Source: a virus (taxonomy: Duplodnaviria; Heunggongvirae; Uroviricota; Caudoviricetes). From it: a DNA stretch of 64,000 bases. Below, piece after piece: positions 48,501 to 57,769 of the stretch. The DNA is taken from the IMG/VR virus record IMGVR_UViG_3300013126_000009; one strand, written 5' to 3'. The notes beneath the pieces are model-generated. The model saw only the letters and a program-made list of their open reading frames with translations, ran no database searches and was not told the origin of the DNA. The position numbers were made by a program, and so were the translations under genes. The first letter of the stretch is position 1. Each line of letters opens with the position of its first letter.

Positions 48501-51500
48501 ATTACCATTAAAAGGTTTAATTGATGGTACCGAAAATAACTTTACTGAAAACACGCTGTCCAATAATTTTTCACTAGGTAATTATCGTAGTGTAATGGGA
48601 ATGTTCACTAGTTCATCAGCATTTATTAATGCTCCAGCATTGTGGGTTTATTGGGTTGGTAGTATATTATGGCGATACGAAGAGTTTAAAAAAACTGGGG
48701 AAGACCTCATAATAACAAAAACTGTAGATACTAATGTTAATTTAGTGCCTGGTATAACAGTATATCCAAAACCAGATGAGTTATTTTTTAATTTATCAAC
48801 AAAAGAAATTGATAATGAGGATAAACCAGCAATGTTTTTTAGTCCGACTGGTAAATATCGTAAGGTTGATGAAACATTATTAAAGTTACCAAAACAAGTA
48901 AAAGATGAGTTCATAGAAAGATTTAAAAGTTGGTCATACAATGATATTTCAATAGACTCTGGCTTTAAATATTTAAGAACACTTTTAGAGGTGTTTCCAG
49001 ATGGATACATTACAAATAGTAATAACTTAGCTAACCTAACGACATGGCAAGGAAGTAGTGTTATAAACTATTCAGCTATGACAGCTAATGTTAGTATAGA
49101 TAACCCATGGTATTCTAATGAACCGATAAATAGCAGTAATTATAAGTATATATTCCCTAATAAACCACCAGTTGGTGGGGATAGTAGATTCTATTCATTA
49201 ACTTTTGATTTTAAACCAGAATTAAACAACCCGTTGATGAAGTTATTTAGTAAACAGTTGGTAATACTTAATGCATCACCGTATACTTTTTATCAAAGTC
49301 AAAGGGAGGATAACAAATTGACAGGCCCTTATAAACCAATCACGGTTAAAAAAACGACATTTAAAAAATTCTTAGAAGTATTTGTTGAAGAATTTAGAAG
49401 ACTTTATGATGAGTACCGTGAACAAAAAATCGATGAGGACACAATTAAAAATGGTATTTTTAAAAGCACCTCAAATGATTTAATTAAATTACAAATTTAT
49501 CGACATTTATCAGCAATAAATAATAAATGGATTGGTTCGGGGGAAATAGGTGGTCAAATGTTTTATCCCTGTTCAAATTATGGCTATACTGGTGAATATG
49601 ATAACTTATTTGATTCCTTTATCTTTTTAGATAAAGGCTACAATGATATTAGCGATAAGTTTATACTCAATCCTGATGTTATTTCTGAATTATTAATTAA
49701 AAATTACAATCAAAGTTTTTTTGATATTATTAGTAATATTTTAGCTAATAATAATTTTAACTTCATTCCGTTACCCACTTTTGTTAATTTTAAAAATGAA
49801 GCAGGTCTTAAGTCTGTATTTAGACCAATTAGTTATTTGGACATGGTGACTAATGACGAGAATATAACATATGGACCATCATTCGTTTGTGTCTATATTG
49901 GTCAAAACTCAACAAATTTAGATTTAGGTGAAAATAGTGATTTTATTGATGATGGTGTTGATTTTAGTCCGTGTGGCAAACAAATAAAAAGTTCAGCTTT
50001 TAATACTGATTTAAGCAAAAGTGAAAGGGCAATACCAATATTTGAGGTAAATTATGCACAACAAAATCAAAACTTCTTCAAAGACTTAACCTTAGACCAA
50101 AAAGAATTTGTTGAAACTGAAGAATCATTGGTCATAATTGATAAGTTAAGTAATAGCGGGGATAAAAATAATCCAGCATTTAAGGGTCAAAATTTATATA
50201 ATGTGTATCAAACTAGAAGTTATAGTGCTAAAGTTGAGGCTTTAGGTATGCCGATGATACAACCTATGATGTATTTTCAGTTGAACAATATACCAATGTT
50301 TAGGGGTGGGTATATTATAATTAATACCACGCATAATATCAAGCCGAACCATATGACTACTCAATTTACTGGTGTTAGAATTAAAGATATTGACACTGAA
50401 CTAAATCAAGACCTTTACGAAATCAAGTCATTAATAGCTGGGTCAGAAGATTTAGCATCAATCAAATATGATTTAGATGAGCCAGCTGTGAATACAGATA
50501 GTACTACAGGTAATGAACCAGTTCCAGTTAAAAATGCCAATGAAGATACCGCTACTGGTAAAAATCAAGCTACAAATAGTACAAATACGAACATCTATCA
50601 ATACAACTTCCAAAACTCAAATAGAGAATATGGTTTTAACAATTCATTATTTGATAGAGAATCAAATACAATTAAAAATGGTCAAAGATTAACCTATAAT
50701 CAAATATTCGACATCGCGGCTAAGTTAACTAAAGTTGATATAAACGTTCTAAAAACCATATCAGTATTAGAAACCGTTGTTGGTGTTAATAAGGGTGGTA
50801 TAGGTGACGGCATGAACCCACTTGGGTATGTTGGGTTAATGCAGTTTGGTGTTGATGCGGCAAATCAAGTGAATAAATCGGTTTCAGATTTATTATTCAA
50901 TAAACTGGAGGATTTCAATCAATATACATTTTTTGCTAATGTTGACCAACAAAGAAAATCTTTAAAAATACCTATCCGTGATAAATATAATGCAAACCCA
51001 GCTGATAATAATCGAATAACAAATTCATTATTTGATGATTTAATTTCTATCATTGCAGCTTCACAATTAGCAATATTTAATCTTGATACTAACCCAACAT
51101 CACTACAAAATACTAGGGACGCATATTTGAGTCATCAACAAGGTAAGAGTGGTTATAATACAATTGTAAAAAATAATTTGTCCGAATTGAGTGATGGTAG
51201 TGATTTATCGGGTAGAATGAATAATAACAAACCGTTATATGATAAAATAGACAATCTTAAAATATATCTTGATTGGTATAACGGTTGGTGTGGTAGAATT
51301 GATGCTGCTTATTATGAAATAACAAAAGAATATAAACCATCGCTAGATGTACCGAAAACACCCAATGCTGATAAGTTAAGAGAAACCTTAAATAAATTAG
51401 ATTACACTGAAAATGGTAGAGCGATAGATAACTCTGGTAATGACATAAGTACTGATATTGAGAGATACGCATCAGCCGTATTTAATAAAATTAAACAACT

Positions 51501-51933
51501 ATACCCAACATATTATGTTCAGGTTACCGCTGGTAACGACCAATCACATAAAGATAGCGCCAAAAGTAGACATGCAAAGGGTAACGCAATAGATTTTGTA
51601 ATAGGTAATGGACAAAAAATACCAACACCGAGTAATTATATAAGTATTCGTAACGACAATAAATCAAAACCATTAAACCAACAAACAGCTGTAACATACT
51701 CCCCACAGAATGAGATAATAATAAACAATGTTAAAAAGATACTTCAAGGGTTTGTGGTTGGTCAAAACCCACAATTTAAATTTTTGGATGAATATAGATA
51801 CCCATCACCAACAGCAACAGCTTCCCATTTCCATATTTCTTATGATAAAAATGGTGGTAACGAAGGTGATGCCTTTACATCAGAAGCTGTAGCAGCTTTA
51901 AATGCTGGTCAGATAACCGAATATACTGCTTGA
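45562..51933 (+). CDS. Giant baseplate hub/tail-associated lysin with a lytic transglycosylase-like domain and a C-terminal peptidase M15-like domain
   Basis: Hub-like N-terminus and LGMPMIQPMMYFQL..P.F.G.Y.I segment; ISVLET...GYVGLMQFG...AYLSHQQG (SLT/goose-type); SRHAKGNAIDF...HFHISY (M15 Zn ligands). ATG at 45562 preferred over TTG 45553. Confidence 0.75.
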   Translation: MDNTPKIPRALYVDPNNLDDNILTNTPINHEDLSIYVSLTTTSKSRSRIVNDTLTNSGNNIGFINFIHGSKVGSDDCDRSLTTSYTDISTTFDKPSGDDSLEGFGITSIDISFDTAYTPLVKINFIDTRGNMIARGNNSKYSMFFELPYPLFNLTVKGYYGKAVSYCLHLTKWNAKFNSQTGNFEIEAEFIGYTYAMLTDMLIGYLKAIPYTTIGSEEFINVKSDYDKKIVDADASKQTNTINDLLEKLAKLKGAIPDIKQNSESFQKLASLNKVNQILSQIKSLNREFILSLGDDANRIGSGISGNDFVYVKEKKDDVLNDYKSKLNEKISEINKYLKSTKFEPENMLPIISGPLTYQKIKIGDSASNIETSIDNFINASNNGYDKTIDTDKDRVTNLIRTNDSKLSKYTGNFYVYDLKKNAIEINEIIDANEVYDKELREEFSKEIRRYGKRNFDIDPTIGTIFRTLVASCDTFLRTIARVSDKASKSNDRIKQLESLLKAGSLNIKQNSDIYPWPEYNKDGNETWLGSVVDANEVDELKFVEELLEALIKSKRDDINLSSFLNNPPRTWFCLNPLDTPISIFGYNKNPYFRLGNKAKPDEYFRLLMYRMFIYLGIGNAGYDNNNVPNPDLLEFMAKFEAWNMFDGIGYDDSDFTKKSALVDFYKTADSVINSYTKGEFMISGDLKHPAGGTIYMDEVADEYKYTYINTEDTGRAYIPIDGDYDGIAFYNGFKLINNPALSGNVTSTYLGNYVNGTSEDNKVDDGATYLRIIDYTTYANSDYTLPVEKATKTYDDYKSSNLYGKYPEENSLNESGGASTDRPRLVKNTNPIERDKFGVTNFSKVKATYDEAKSISNSEGYSLMSPLFFSNTESNYGTKLGVNPKYVGSDKLTVTGGVPQRPVLYEFESNGSNIQIVNNQITNNNTENNVVTDISFGFSKTGASSSYLWGVSLFGSPLYYAQSISKSPDLAKSFLFLNTLPLKGLIDGTENNFTENTLSNNFSLGNYRSVMGMFTSSSAFINAPALWVYWVGSILWRYEEFKKTGEDLIITKTVDTNVNLVPGITVYPKPDELFFNLSTKEIDNEDKPAMFFSPTGKYRKVDETLLKLPKQVKDEFIERFKSWSYNDISIDSGFKYLRTLLEVFPDGYITNSNNLANLTTWQGSSVINYSAMTANVSIDNPWYSNEPINSSNYKYIFPNKPPVGGDSRFYSLTFDFKPELNNPLMKLFSKQLVILNASPYTFYQSQREDNKLTGPYKPITVKKTTFKKFLEVFVEEFRRLYDEYREQKIDEDTIKNGIFKSTSNDLIKLQIYRHLSAINNKWIGSGEIGGQMFYPCSNYGYTGEYDNLFDSFIFLDKGYNDISDKFILNPDVISELLIKNYNQSFFDIISNILANNNFNFIPLPTFVNFKNEAGLKSVFRPISYLDMVTNDENITYGPSFVCVYIGQNSTNLDLGENSDFIDDGVDFSPCGKQIKSSAFNTDLSKSERAIPIFEVNYAQQNQNFFKDLTLDQKEFVETEESLVIIDKLSNSGDKNNPAFKGQNLYNVYQTRSYSAKVEALGMPMIQPMMYFQLNNIPMFRGGYIIINTTHNIKPNHMTTQFTGVRIKDIDTELNQDLYEIKSLIAGSEDLASIKYDLDEPAVNTDSTTGNEPVPVKNANEDTATGKNQATNSTNTNIYQYNFQNSNREYGFNNSLFDRESNTIKNGQRLTYNQIFDIAAKLTKVDINVLKTISVLETVVGVNKGGIGDGMNPLGYVGLMQFGVDAANQVNKSVSDLLFNKLEDFNQYTFFANVDQQRKSLKIPIRDKYNANPADNNRITNSLFDDLISIIAASQLAIFNLDTNPTSLQNTRDAYLSHQQGKSGYNTIVKNNLSELSDGSDLSGRMNNNKPLYDKIDNLKIYLDWYNGWCGRIDAAYYEITKEYKPSLDVPKTPNADKLRETLNKLDYTENGRAIDNSGNDISTDIERYASAVFNKIKQLYPTYYVQVTAGNDQSHKDSAKSRHAKGNAIDFVIGNGQKIPTPSNYISIRNDNKSKPLNQQTAVTYSPQNEIIINNVKKILQGFVVGQNPQFKFLDEYRYPSPTATASHFHISYDKNGGNEGDAFTSEAVAALNAGQITEYTA

Positions 51934-51952
51934 TAAGTTTAATATTATTTAG

Positions 51953-51960
51953 TATCTTTG
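51953..51960 (+). promoter_or_regulatory. Bacteroidota-type -7 promoter box (TATCTTTG)
   Basis: TAnnTTTG only 4 nt before ATG 51965, so the transcript may be leaderless. Confidence 0.5.
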
Positions 51961-51964
51961 CAAG

Positions 51965-52573
51965 ATGACAATTGGTTATATTATATCAGATGAACGAATA
52001 AAGCCCGAAAATAATTTCGAGGTGATATCCTATGCTGACTATAATGAATTAATACATTCACCAGCTATTTTTATTGGATTTAAAGACGTTAAAACAATGT
52101 TTGGTGAGTCTATTGATATCTTAGATAGAAAGCTTGATAACAATAAATATTGGACTTTCACAATAGATGAACACCGAAGTTATCATGACTTAGATTTATA
52201 TGAATTTAAGAAGTATTGCTATAACTTAATCATTAAAGATACTGATTATTATTTTATTGACCCATTACTGATGTCAGAAGATAAACATCAGAGAATGTTT
52301 GATAAAATAGAAAAAACCGATGATAAAATAATCACTTATCACAATAAGGATATGCTTTATATCTATACCATGGGTGTTATCTTAGGTATTAATATAATGT
52401 TCTATGAATTTATTGGTGATGACAGAGAAAAAATAATATCTAAAATAAAAAAAGTATCGGATGTCTTTCTGCAAGGTAACGAGATAATTATAGAATATAA
52501 AGATTTTATGGATATGTATGAAAATGATTATAAATACATTCCATATTTATATTCTATACGTAAAAATGAATGA
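51965..52573 (+). CDS. Hypothetical protein
   Basis: 202-aa ORF; no firm motif. Confidence 0.7.
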   Translation: MTIGYIISDERIKPENNFEVISYADYNELIHSPAIFIGFKDVKTMFGESIDILDRKLDNNKYWTFTIDEHRSYHDLDLYEFKKYCYNLIIKDTDYYFIDPLLMSEDKHQRMFDKIEKTDDKIITYHNKDMLYIYTMGVILGINIMFYEFIGDDREKIISKIKKVSDVFLQGNEIIIEYKDFMDMYENDYKYIPYLYSIRKNE

Positions 52574-52970
52574 CAAACAAGTAATCATAGCCACATTTGT
52601 TGAAAAAAACAAGATAGAATGGTTTTATGGTTTTATGGAGGGCAGGTTCAACATCAAACAAAAACATATATTCACATATGTTAATAACGATAATCCAGAG
52701 CATTATGTTATGACATTCAGATATTCAGTTCCGCAAGATGATAAACTTAATCTAAGCAAAGATTTCACAAATTCACTTATTGTACATAAAAAGGGTGATT
52801 GTCTTTACACAATAAACGGTCTGAATAGATTGATAGAAACCCTTAATCCAAACGCGATTGGTAATATTGATTATACATCAGTTAAAATAGATTGGTCGGA
52901 ATATCAGAATAAATTAATAACCTCTTTTGAAAATGAACTCATTATTAATGATATAAAAAGAATTTTTTAG
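52566..52970 (+). CDS. Hypothetical conserved phage protein
   Basis: Likely start MNDKQ at 52566; contains VHKK...LYTINGLN..I and IDW..Y.N. Confidence 0.7.
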   Translation: MNDKQVIIATFVEKNKIEWFYGFMEGRFNIKQKHIFTYVNNDNPEHYVMTFRYSVPQDDKLNLSKDFTNSLIVHKKGDCLYTINGLNRLIETLNPNAIGNIDYTSVKIDWSEYQNKLITSFENELIINDIKRIF

Positions 52971-53018
52971 TCATTTTGAGATATTTACTTATATAACATT
53001 ATTTAAAATTAATTAGTT

Positions 53019-53201
53019 ATGGAAAATAAAAGAGAAAAACTTTTCACTGAATTGGATGAGTTCTTAGCTCAGAATGAAAACAAAGATAATAAAACCATCG
53101 AATGTAAAGATGACGTTTGCATAATCAAAAACGACAAAAGTCTTATTGAAGTTGTCAATAAAAAAGTAATAACACAGGACGGAAGACAATTACTTACTTA
53201 A
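53019..53201 (+). CDS. Small hypothetical protein
   Basis: 60-aa ORF ending ITQDGRQLLT, coupled to the next gene. Confidence 0.65.
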   Translation: MENKREKLFTELDEFLAQNENKDNKTIECKDDVCIIKNDKSLIEVVNKKVITQDGRQLLT

Positions 53202-53202
53202 T

Positions 53203-53895
53203 ATGAAGATAGAGAATAAAAATAAGCTTATCACTGAAGAAGCTAAACGATTTATGCAAATATCAGAATACTCTTTCATTGGTGTTAATGAAGCTGAGGA
53301 TGATGAGTTAGATAAAGAACTTGCTGATTTAGAAAAGGAATTACCACCAGCAGATGATGCTGAAAACTCAGAAACACCAGAAGAACCTGTTGATGATATG
53401 GGTGGTGAAGAATCATTTGGTGAAGAAGAACCTGTTGATGATATGGGTGGTGATGAGGTTGAACTTGATGTGACAGATTTAGTAAATACATCAAATGACC
53501 TTAAAGCTTCTTCAGAAGAGAATAGCGCTAAAATGGCCGAGCTTCTGGATAACTTCAATAAATTGGCTGCACAAGTTAACTCTATGAGTCAAATGACAAA
53601 AAAGATTGATTCTTTGGATAATGAGTTAACAAAAATGAGTGCTGAGATTGCCAAACGTAATCCAACACCAACGGAAAAGATTGAAATGCGTTCATTGGAT
53701 TCATTCCCATATAACATTAAGCTTAGTGATTTTTGGTCTGACCATTCAGATAAGGTGACAACGGTTCAAAGTTCACAAAGTAATATGGGTGAAACAAAAC
53801 CAAAGGAATATGTTTTAACCAAAGCTGACGTTAATGACTTTTCAAATACCGATATAAAGGATAGTTTCGGTGATTTTGAAGAGGAAGACATCTAA
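53203..53895 (+). CDS. Acidic coiled-coil protein (scaffold/core-like)
   Basis: LITEEAKRF leader, very acidic middle with duplicated EEPVDDMGG (30-bp repeat at 53379 and 53424), and a coiled-coil region. Confidence 0.7.
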   Translation: MKIENKNKLITEEAKRFMQISEYSFIGVNEAEDDELDKELADLEKELPPADDAENSETPEEPVDDMGGEESFGEEEPVDDMGGDEVELDVTDLVNTSNDLKASSEENSAKMAELLDNFNKLAAQVNSMSQMTKKIDSLDNELTKMSAEIAKRNPTPTEKIEMRSLDSFPYNIKLSDFWSDHSDKVTTVQSSQSNMGETKPKEYVLTKADVNDFSNTDIKDSFGDFEEEDI

Positions 53896-53919
53896 AAAAA
53901 AATTTTTTTAACATAACTG

Positions 53920-53950
53920 TTGACACCGCTGCAATTTTGTGGTACATTTG
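53920..53950 (+). promoter_or_regulatory. Host-type promoter upstream of the SSB gene
   Basis: TTGACA at about 53920 and TACATTTG (TAnnTTTG) at 53943-53950. Confidence 0.6.
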
Positions 53951-54016
53951 CAATGTGTGTTATACGAACATATATAACATAACAATAATAATTATTAACA
54001 TTTAAATTTTAAAAAC

Positions 54017-54916
54017 ATGAGTAATCCATTAGACGCAATTTTAAACCAGTATAGTAAATCTGGTAGTAATTCAAATTTCGAGGCTAAGACATATGACTTA
54101 GCAAATTATTTCAGCACCTACCTTCCAGACGGTGTTAAAGAAGGTACTAAAACAATTAGAATCCTTCCAGCTGCTGAAGGTCAAGCAACCCCATTCGTAG
54201 AAATGCATGCCCATAAGTATAAACTTGATGGTGATTGGAAAACATTTCCTTGTTTGGACAAAGAAGAGGGTAAAGATTGTCCATTTTGTGAGACAAGAAA
54301 TGCTTTAAGAGCCGAAGGTACCGAAGAAAGCAAAGAACTTGCTAAAAAATTCAACGTTCGTAAATTCTATATTGTAAAAGTTATTGATAGAGATAAAGAG
54401 AACGAGGGTGTTAAATTCTGGCGATTCGCAGATAACTGGCAAAAAACTGGTACCTTCGATAAGATTGTTGGTATCTATAAGGCTGTTAAGCATGATATTG
54501 CTGACCCAGAAACAGGTAGAGACCTTCAGATTAATTTAGCTAGAAACGCTAACGGCTCACCAGTTGTTCAATCAATTATTCAATTGGATAAAACCCCACT
54601 ATCTGAAGATAAAGCTAAAGTTACTGAGTGGTTGGGTGATACTAGAACTTGGAGAGACGGTATTTATGCTGTTAAATCATACGACTACTTGGAAGTGGTT
54701 GTTAGAGGTGGTGTTCCAGCTTGGGATAAAGTTAAAGAATGTTGGGTTGATAAGGAATCACTATCCGAAAATAATGATTCAGAATCAACAACTGATGATT
54801 TGGAAAGTGAATTATCAATCGGTTCATCAAATAGTAAATTGACTAGTGATGAAGCAATGCAACCTACAGCTGTAGCAGCTGGTACTGATGATGACGAAGA
54901 CGATTTACCGTTCTAA
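54017..54916 (+). CDS. Single-stranded DNA-binding protein (T4 gp32-like)
   Basis: IRILP, H...C......CPFC Zn site, GVKFWRF, DPETGRD and an acidic tail ending DDLPF. Confidence 0.85.
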   Translation: MSNPLDAILNQYSKSGSNSNFEAKTYDLANYFSTYLPDGVKEGTKTIRILPAAEGQATPFVEMHAHKYKLDGDWKTFPCLDKEEGKDCPFCETRNALRAEGTEESKELAKKFNVRKFYIVKVIDRDKENEGVKFWRFADNWQKTGTFDKIVGIYKAVKHDIADPETGRDLQINLARNANGSPVVQSIIQLDKTPLSEDKAKVTEWLGDTRTWRDGIYAVKSYDYLEVVVRGGVPAWDKVKECWVDKESLSENNDSESTTDDLESELSIGSSNSKLTSDEAMQPTAVAAGTDDDEDDLPF

Positions 54917-54932
54917 TCATTTAATTTGAATG

Positions 54933-54966
54933 AAAAATAAGTGGCGTAAAAACCACTTATTTTTTT
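54933..54966 (+). terminator. Rho-independent terminator after the SSB gene
   Basis: AAAAATAAGTGG-CGTAAAAA-CCACTTATTTTTTT. Confidence 0.75.
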
Positions 54967-55004
54967 ATTCAAAAAAAAATAACATTTTAATTAAAAAGTA
55001 TATT

Positions 55005-56126
55005 ATGGCTAAAAAAGCACCTAAAAAAAGTTCTGAAACAAACACAGCTAACAAAAAATTCGATTTAGATTCATTTAAGAAAAATAATGGTTACGATGTA
55101 ACGGTAAAAGAAAAAGAAATATCTTGGATACCAATGTCAGAAGCCTATCATGACGCATTAAAAATGCCAGGTTTAGCCAGAGGTTATGTAACGGCATTTA
55201 GAGGTTATAGTAATACTGGTAAATCAACAGCAATTTATGAGGCTGTTGCTGGCGCACAAAAAATTGGTGACTTACCAGTGATTATTGAAACTGAAGGTAA
55301 CTGGAATTGGGAGCATGCCAAAAATATTGGTGTAAAATTCACCGAAATCGTTGACGAGTCAACAGGTGAAATCTATGATTATGATGGTGATTTCATCTTT
55401 ATCAGTGGTGATGATTTAGTCAAAAGATATCAAAACTATGATTATTCATCTGGTAAAGAGGGTACAAAACCGTTAAGATTTGAGCCAGTAATTGAAGATG
55501 TTGCTAAACTAATCAATGATTTATTGGATGCACAGGAAAATGGTGACCTACCAAGAAATCTTTGTTTCCTTTGGGATTCTGTAGGTTCAATAAACGGTTA
55601 TCGTTCAGCAACATCAAAGAACAATAATAATCAATGGAACGCTGGCGCTATGGAATCAGCTTTCAAAACTTTGGTAAATTATAGAATACCAGCTTCTAAA
55701 AAAGAAGGTAAAGAATTTACCAATACGCTTGCTGTTGTTCAAAAAATATGGTTGGATAATGAAAATAAAGTAGTCAAACACAAGGGTGGCGAGGCTTTAT
55801 TCTATTCAGCTAGAGTTATCGTACATTTTGGCGGTATACTAACGCATTCAACAAGCAAACTTAAAGCCACATCTGGTGGTGAAACATACCAATTTGGTAT
55901 TGAAACAAAGGTTAGGTGCGAGAAAAACCAAGTCAATGGTATCGAAGAACAAGGTAAGTTAGCTTCAACGCCACACGGATATTGGAACCCAGATAAAATC
56001 AACGATTATAAATCTAAACATAGAGACTTCATTTTAAGTCGATTGAATGTACCTTATAATGATTTTGAAATCGTTAAAGAAGAACAAGGTTTAACTGAAG
56101 AAGATTTGGCGCAAACCTTAAACTGA
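55005..56126 (+). CDS. RecA/UvsX-like recombinase
   Basis: Walker A GYSNTGKST, IETE, WDSVG, GGEALFY and KNQV motifs. Start placed at ATG 55005 because 54930 lies within or upstream of the terminator. Confidence 0.88.
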   Translation: MAKKAPKKSSETNTANKKFDLDSFKKNNGYDVTVKEKEISWIPMSEAYHDALKMPGLARGYVTAFRGYSNTGKSTAIYEAVAGAQKIGDLPVIIETEGNWNWEHAKNIGVKFTEIVDESTGEIYDYDGDFIFISGDDLVKRYQNYDYSSGKEGTKPLRFEPVIEDVAKLINDLLDAQENGDLPRNLCFLWDSVGSINGYRSATSKNNNNQWNAGAMESAFKTLVNYRIPASKKEGKEFTNTLAVVQKIWLDNENKVVKHKGGEALFYSARVIVHFGGILTHSTSKLKATSGGETYQFGIETKVRCEKNQVNGIEEQGKLASTPHGYWNPDKINDYKSKHRDFILSRLNVPYNDFEIVKEEQGLTEEDLAQTLN

Positions 56127-56162
56127 AATTAATAGAATGTTTAACCATTTTAACTAATGTAA

Positions 56163-57206
56163 ATGCCTAAATTACCTCCAAAAAAAGGTAAACGTATTGA
56201 TAGGATTAACACGCTTTTGATAGATGGTAATGCGCTATTCAAAAGAGGTTACCATGGTAGCCATGACGCTTATAACAAAGAGGGTCAACATATTGGTGGA
56301 TTATATCAATTCATAACTATTCTTAAAAAATTGCTGTCCGAAGATGTATACCATAGAGTATACGTCTTCTGGGACGGTGAGTTCAGTGGTAAACTGAGGT
56401 ATGCAATATATCCAGACTATAAATCTGATAGGGGTAAAAACTATGAGACTGGCACCAAACCAGACGATATGGATGAAAAACTCCAACAGTACATGGTTAA
56501 AGAATATCTATACCACTTATCCATTCGTCAAATTGAAGATGACGTTGTAGAAGCTGATGATTATATAGCTTTTTATTGCATTAATCGTGCTGATAATGAA
56601 GATATTACAATTTGTACTAGCGATAGAGACATCTGTCAACTTGTAAATGACCAAATTAAAATATATCTTTGTGATAAGAAAGTATATCTAACTAAGGAAA
56701 ATTATAGTGAATATTTCAACCACCACTATACAAATATTGCGTTAATTAAAACTATCGCTGGTGATAATTCAGATAGCATTAAAGGTATTAAAGGTGTTAA
56801 AGAAAACACGTTACTAAAGCATTTTCCACAGATAACTGAAAGGTCTGTTAAACTTGATGAGATACTAAATGAAGCTAAACAGATACAAGAGAATAGGGTT
56901 TTAGATAAGAAGAAACCACTTAAAGCTTTGGATAATCTGATAAATTCAGTTACTGATGGTATTCAAGGTGAAAAGATATATGAAATAAACGATGAATTGG
57001 TTAATTTGAGTAAACCAAAAATGACCGAGAAATCAATAAAACATTTTTATGATGTTATTGACACACCTTTAAGTGATGACAGAAGCATTATGAATGTATA
57101 TAAAATGGTTAAACGGGATAGTTTAGATGATGTAATAAAGGAATATTATATGTCAGACTATTTCTTACCGTTCAAAAAATTAAATGATAGAGAATATAAA
57201 AATTAA
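56163..57206 (+). CDS. 5'-3' exonuclease / flap endonuclease (T4 RNase H, PolA N-terminal-like)
   Basis: LLIDGN, FWDG, YK..R, EADD, SDRD and GDNSDSIKGIKG motifs. Confidence 0.93.
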   Translation: MPKLPPKKGKRIDRINTLLIDGNALFKRGYHGSHDAYNKEGQHIGGLYQFITILKKLLSEDVYHRVYVFWDGEFSGKLRYAIYPDYKSDRGKNYETGTKPDDMDEKLQQYMVKEYLYHLSIRQIEDDVVEADDYIAFYCINRADNEDITICTSDRDICQLVNDQIKIYLCDKKVYLTKENYSEYFNHHYTNIALIKTIAGDNSDSIKGIKGVKENTLLKHFPQITERSVKLDEILNEAKQIQENRVLDKKKPLKALDNLINSVTDGIQGEKIYEINDELVNLSKPKMTEKSIKHFYDVIDTPLSDDRSIMNVYKMVKRDSLDDVIKEYYMSDYFLPFKKLNDREYKN

Positions 57207-57211
57207 AAAAA

Positions 57212-57697
57212 ATGGAACAAAAACAAACTCACAATTACGAAAGAAAACCACATCAAAATTTCGAATTTCTGTTAACAATTAATGGTAATATTTTATGTAA
57301 AAGATATTTCTCAGTTAGAGATGTTGATTTTGAAAAACTAAAAGACATTAAACCAATGATGGATGAACTTTCAGGTATGAACAATGACCGATTCGGTAGC
57401 ATGGGTATTATCCCGACATTTCTGAAAGATAAAAGTGTTGATTTTTTGTGGAGAACATATAATCCACATTATAAACAAACTGAAGATATGATTGACAGAC
57501 GTGACGTGTTTGAAAATGAAGATATTATCGGTTTTAAAGTAACATTTTTTGATTTTAGAAGAAATGAAGAGCGTTTAGTTGGTGAAACACAGTTCAGTGG
57601 TAACTTTTTCCCACCAAAAGTTCGCTATGAAATTAACATTAAGGACATTATACCAGACATCATTAGAACTATCAGGGAACATACGAGTAACGTTTAA
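57212..57697 (+). CDS. Hypothetical protein
   Basis: 161-aa ORF in the replication operon. Confidence 0.7.
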   Translation: MEQKQTHNYERKPHQNFEFLLTINGNILCKRYFSVRDVDFEKLKDIKPMMDELSGMNNDRFGSMGIIPTFLKDKSVDFLWRTYNPHYKQTEDMIDRRDVFENEDIIGFKVTFFDFRRNEERLVGETQFSGNFFPPKVRYEINIKDIIPDIIRTIREHTSNV

Positions 57698-57721
57698 AAA
57701 AACCTGAAAATTAAGTCAATT

Positions 57722-57746
57722 ATACCATATATATATGGTATTTATA
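57722..57746 (+). promoter_or_regulatory. Perfect 20-bp palindrome ATACCATATATATATGGTAT overlapping a TATTTATA motif, upstream of the helicase
   Basis: 57722-57741 is self-complementary; TATTTATA at 57739-57746. Confidence 0.6.
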
Positions 57747-57769
57747 ATAACAATATTTAATGTTCTAAT

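Noticed and set aside
57724-57739. NrdR box upstream of helicase-nrdB-nrdA
   Set aside because: It resembles the consensus only in the AT core and lacks the conserved C4/G13 positions; reported instead as an unassigned palindrome.
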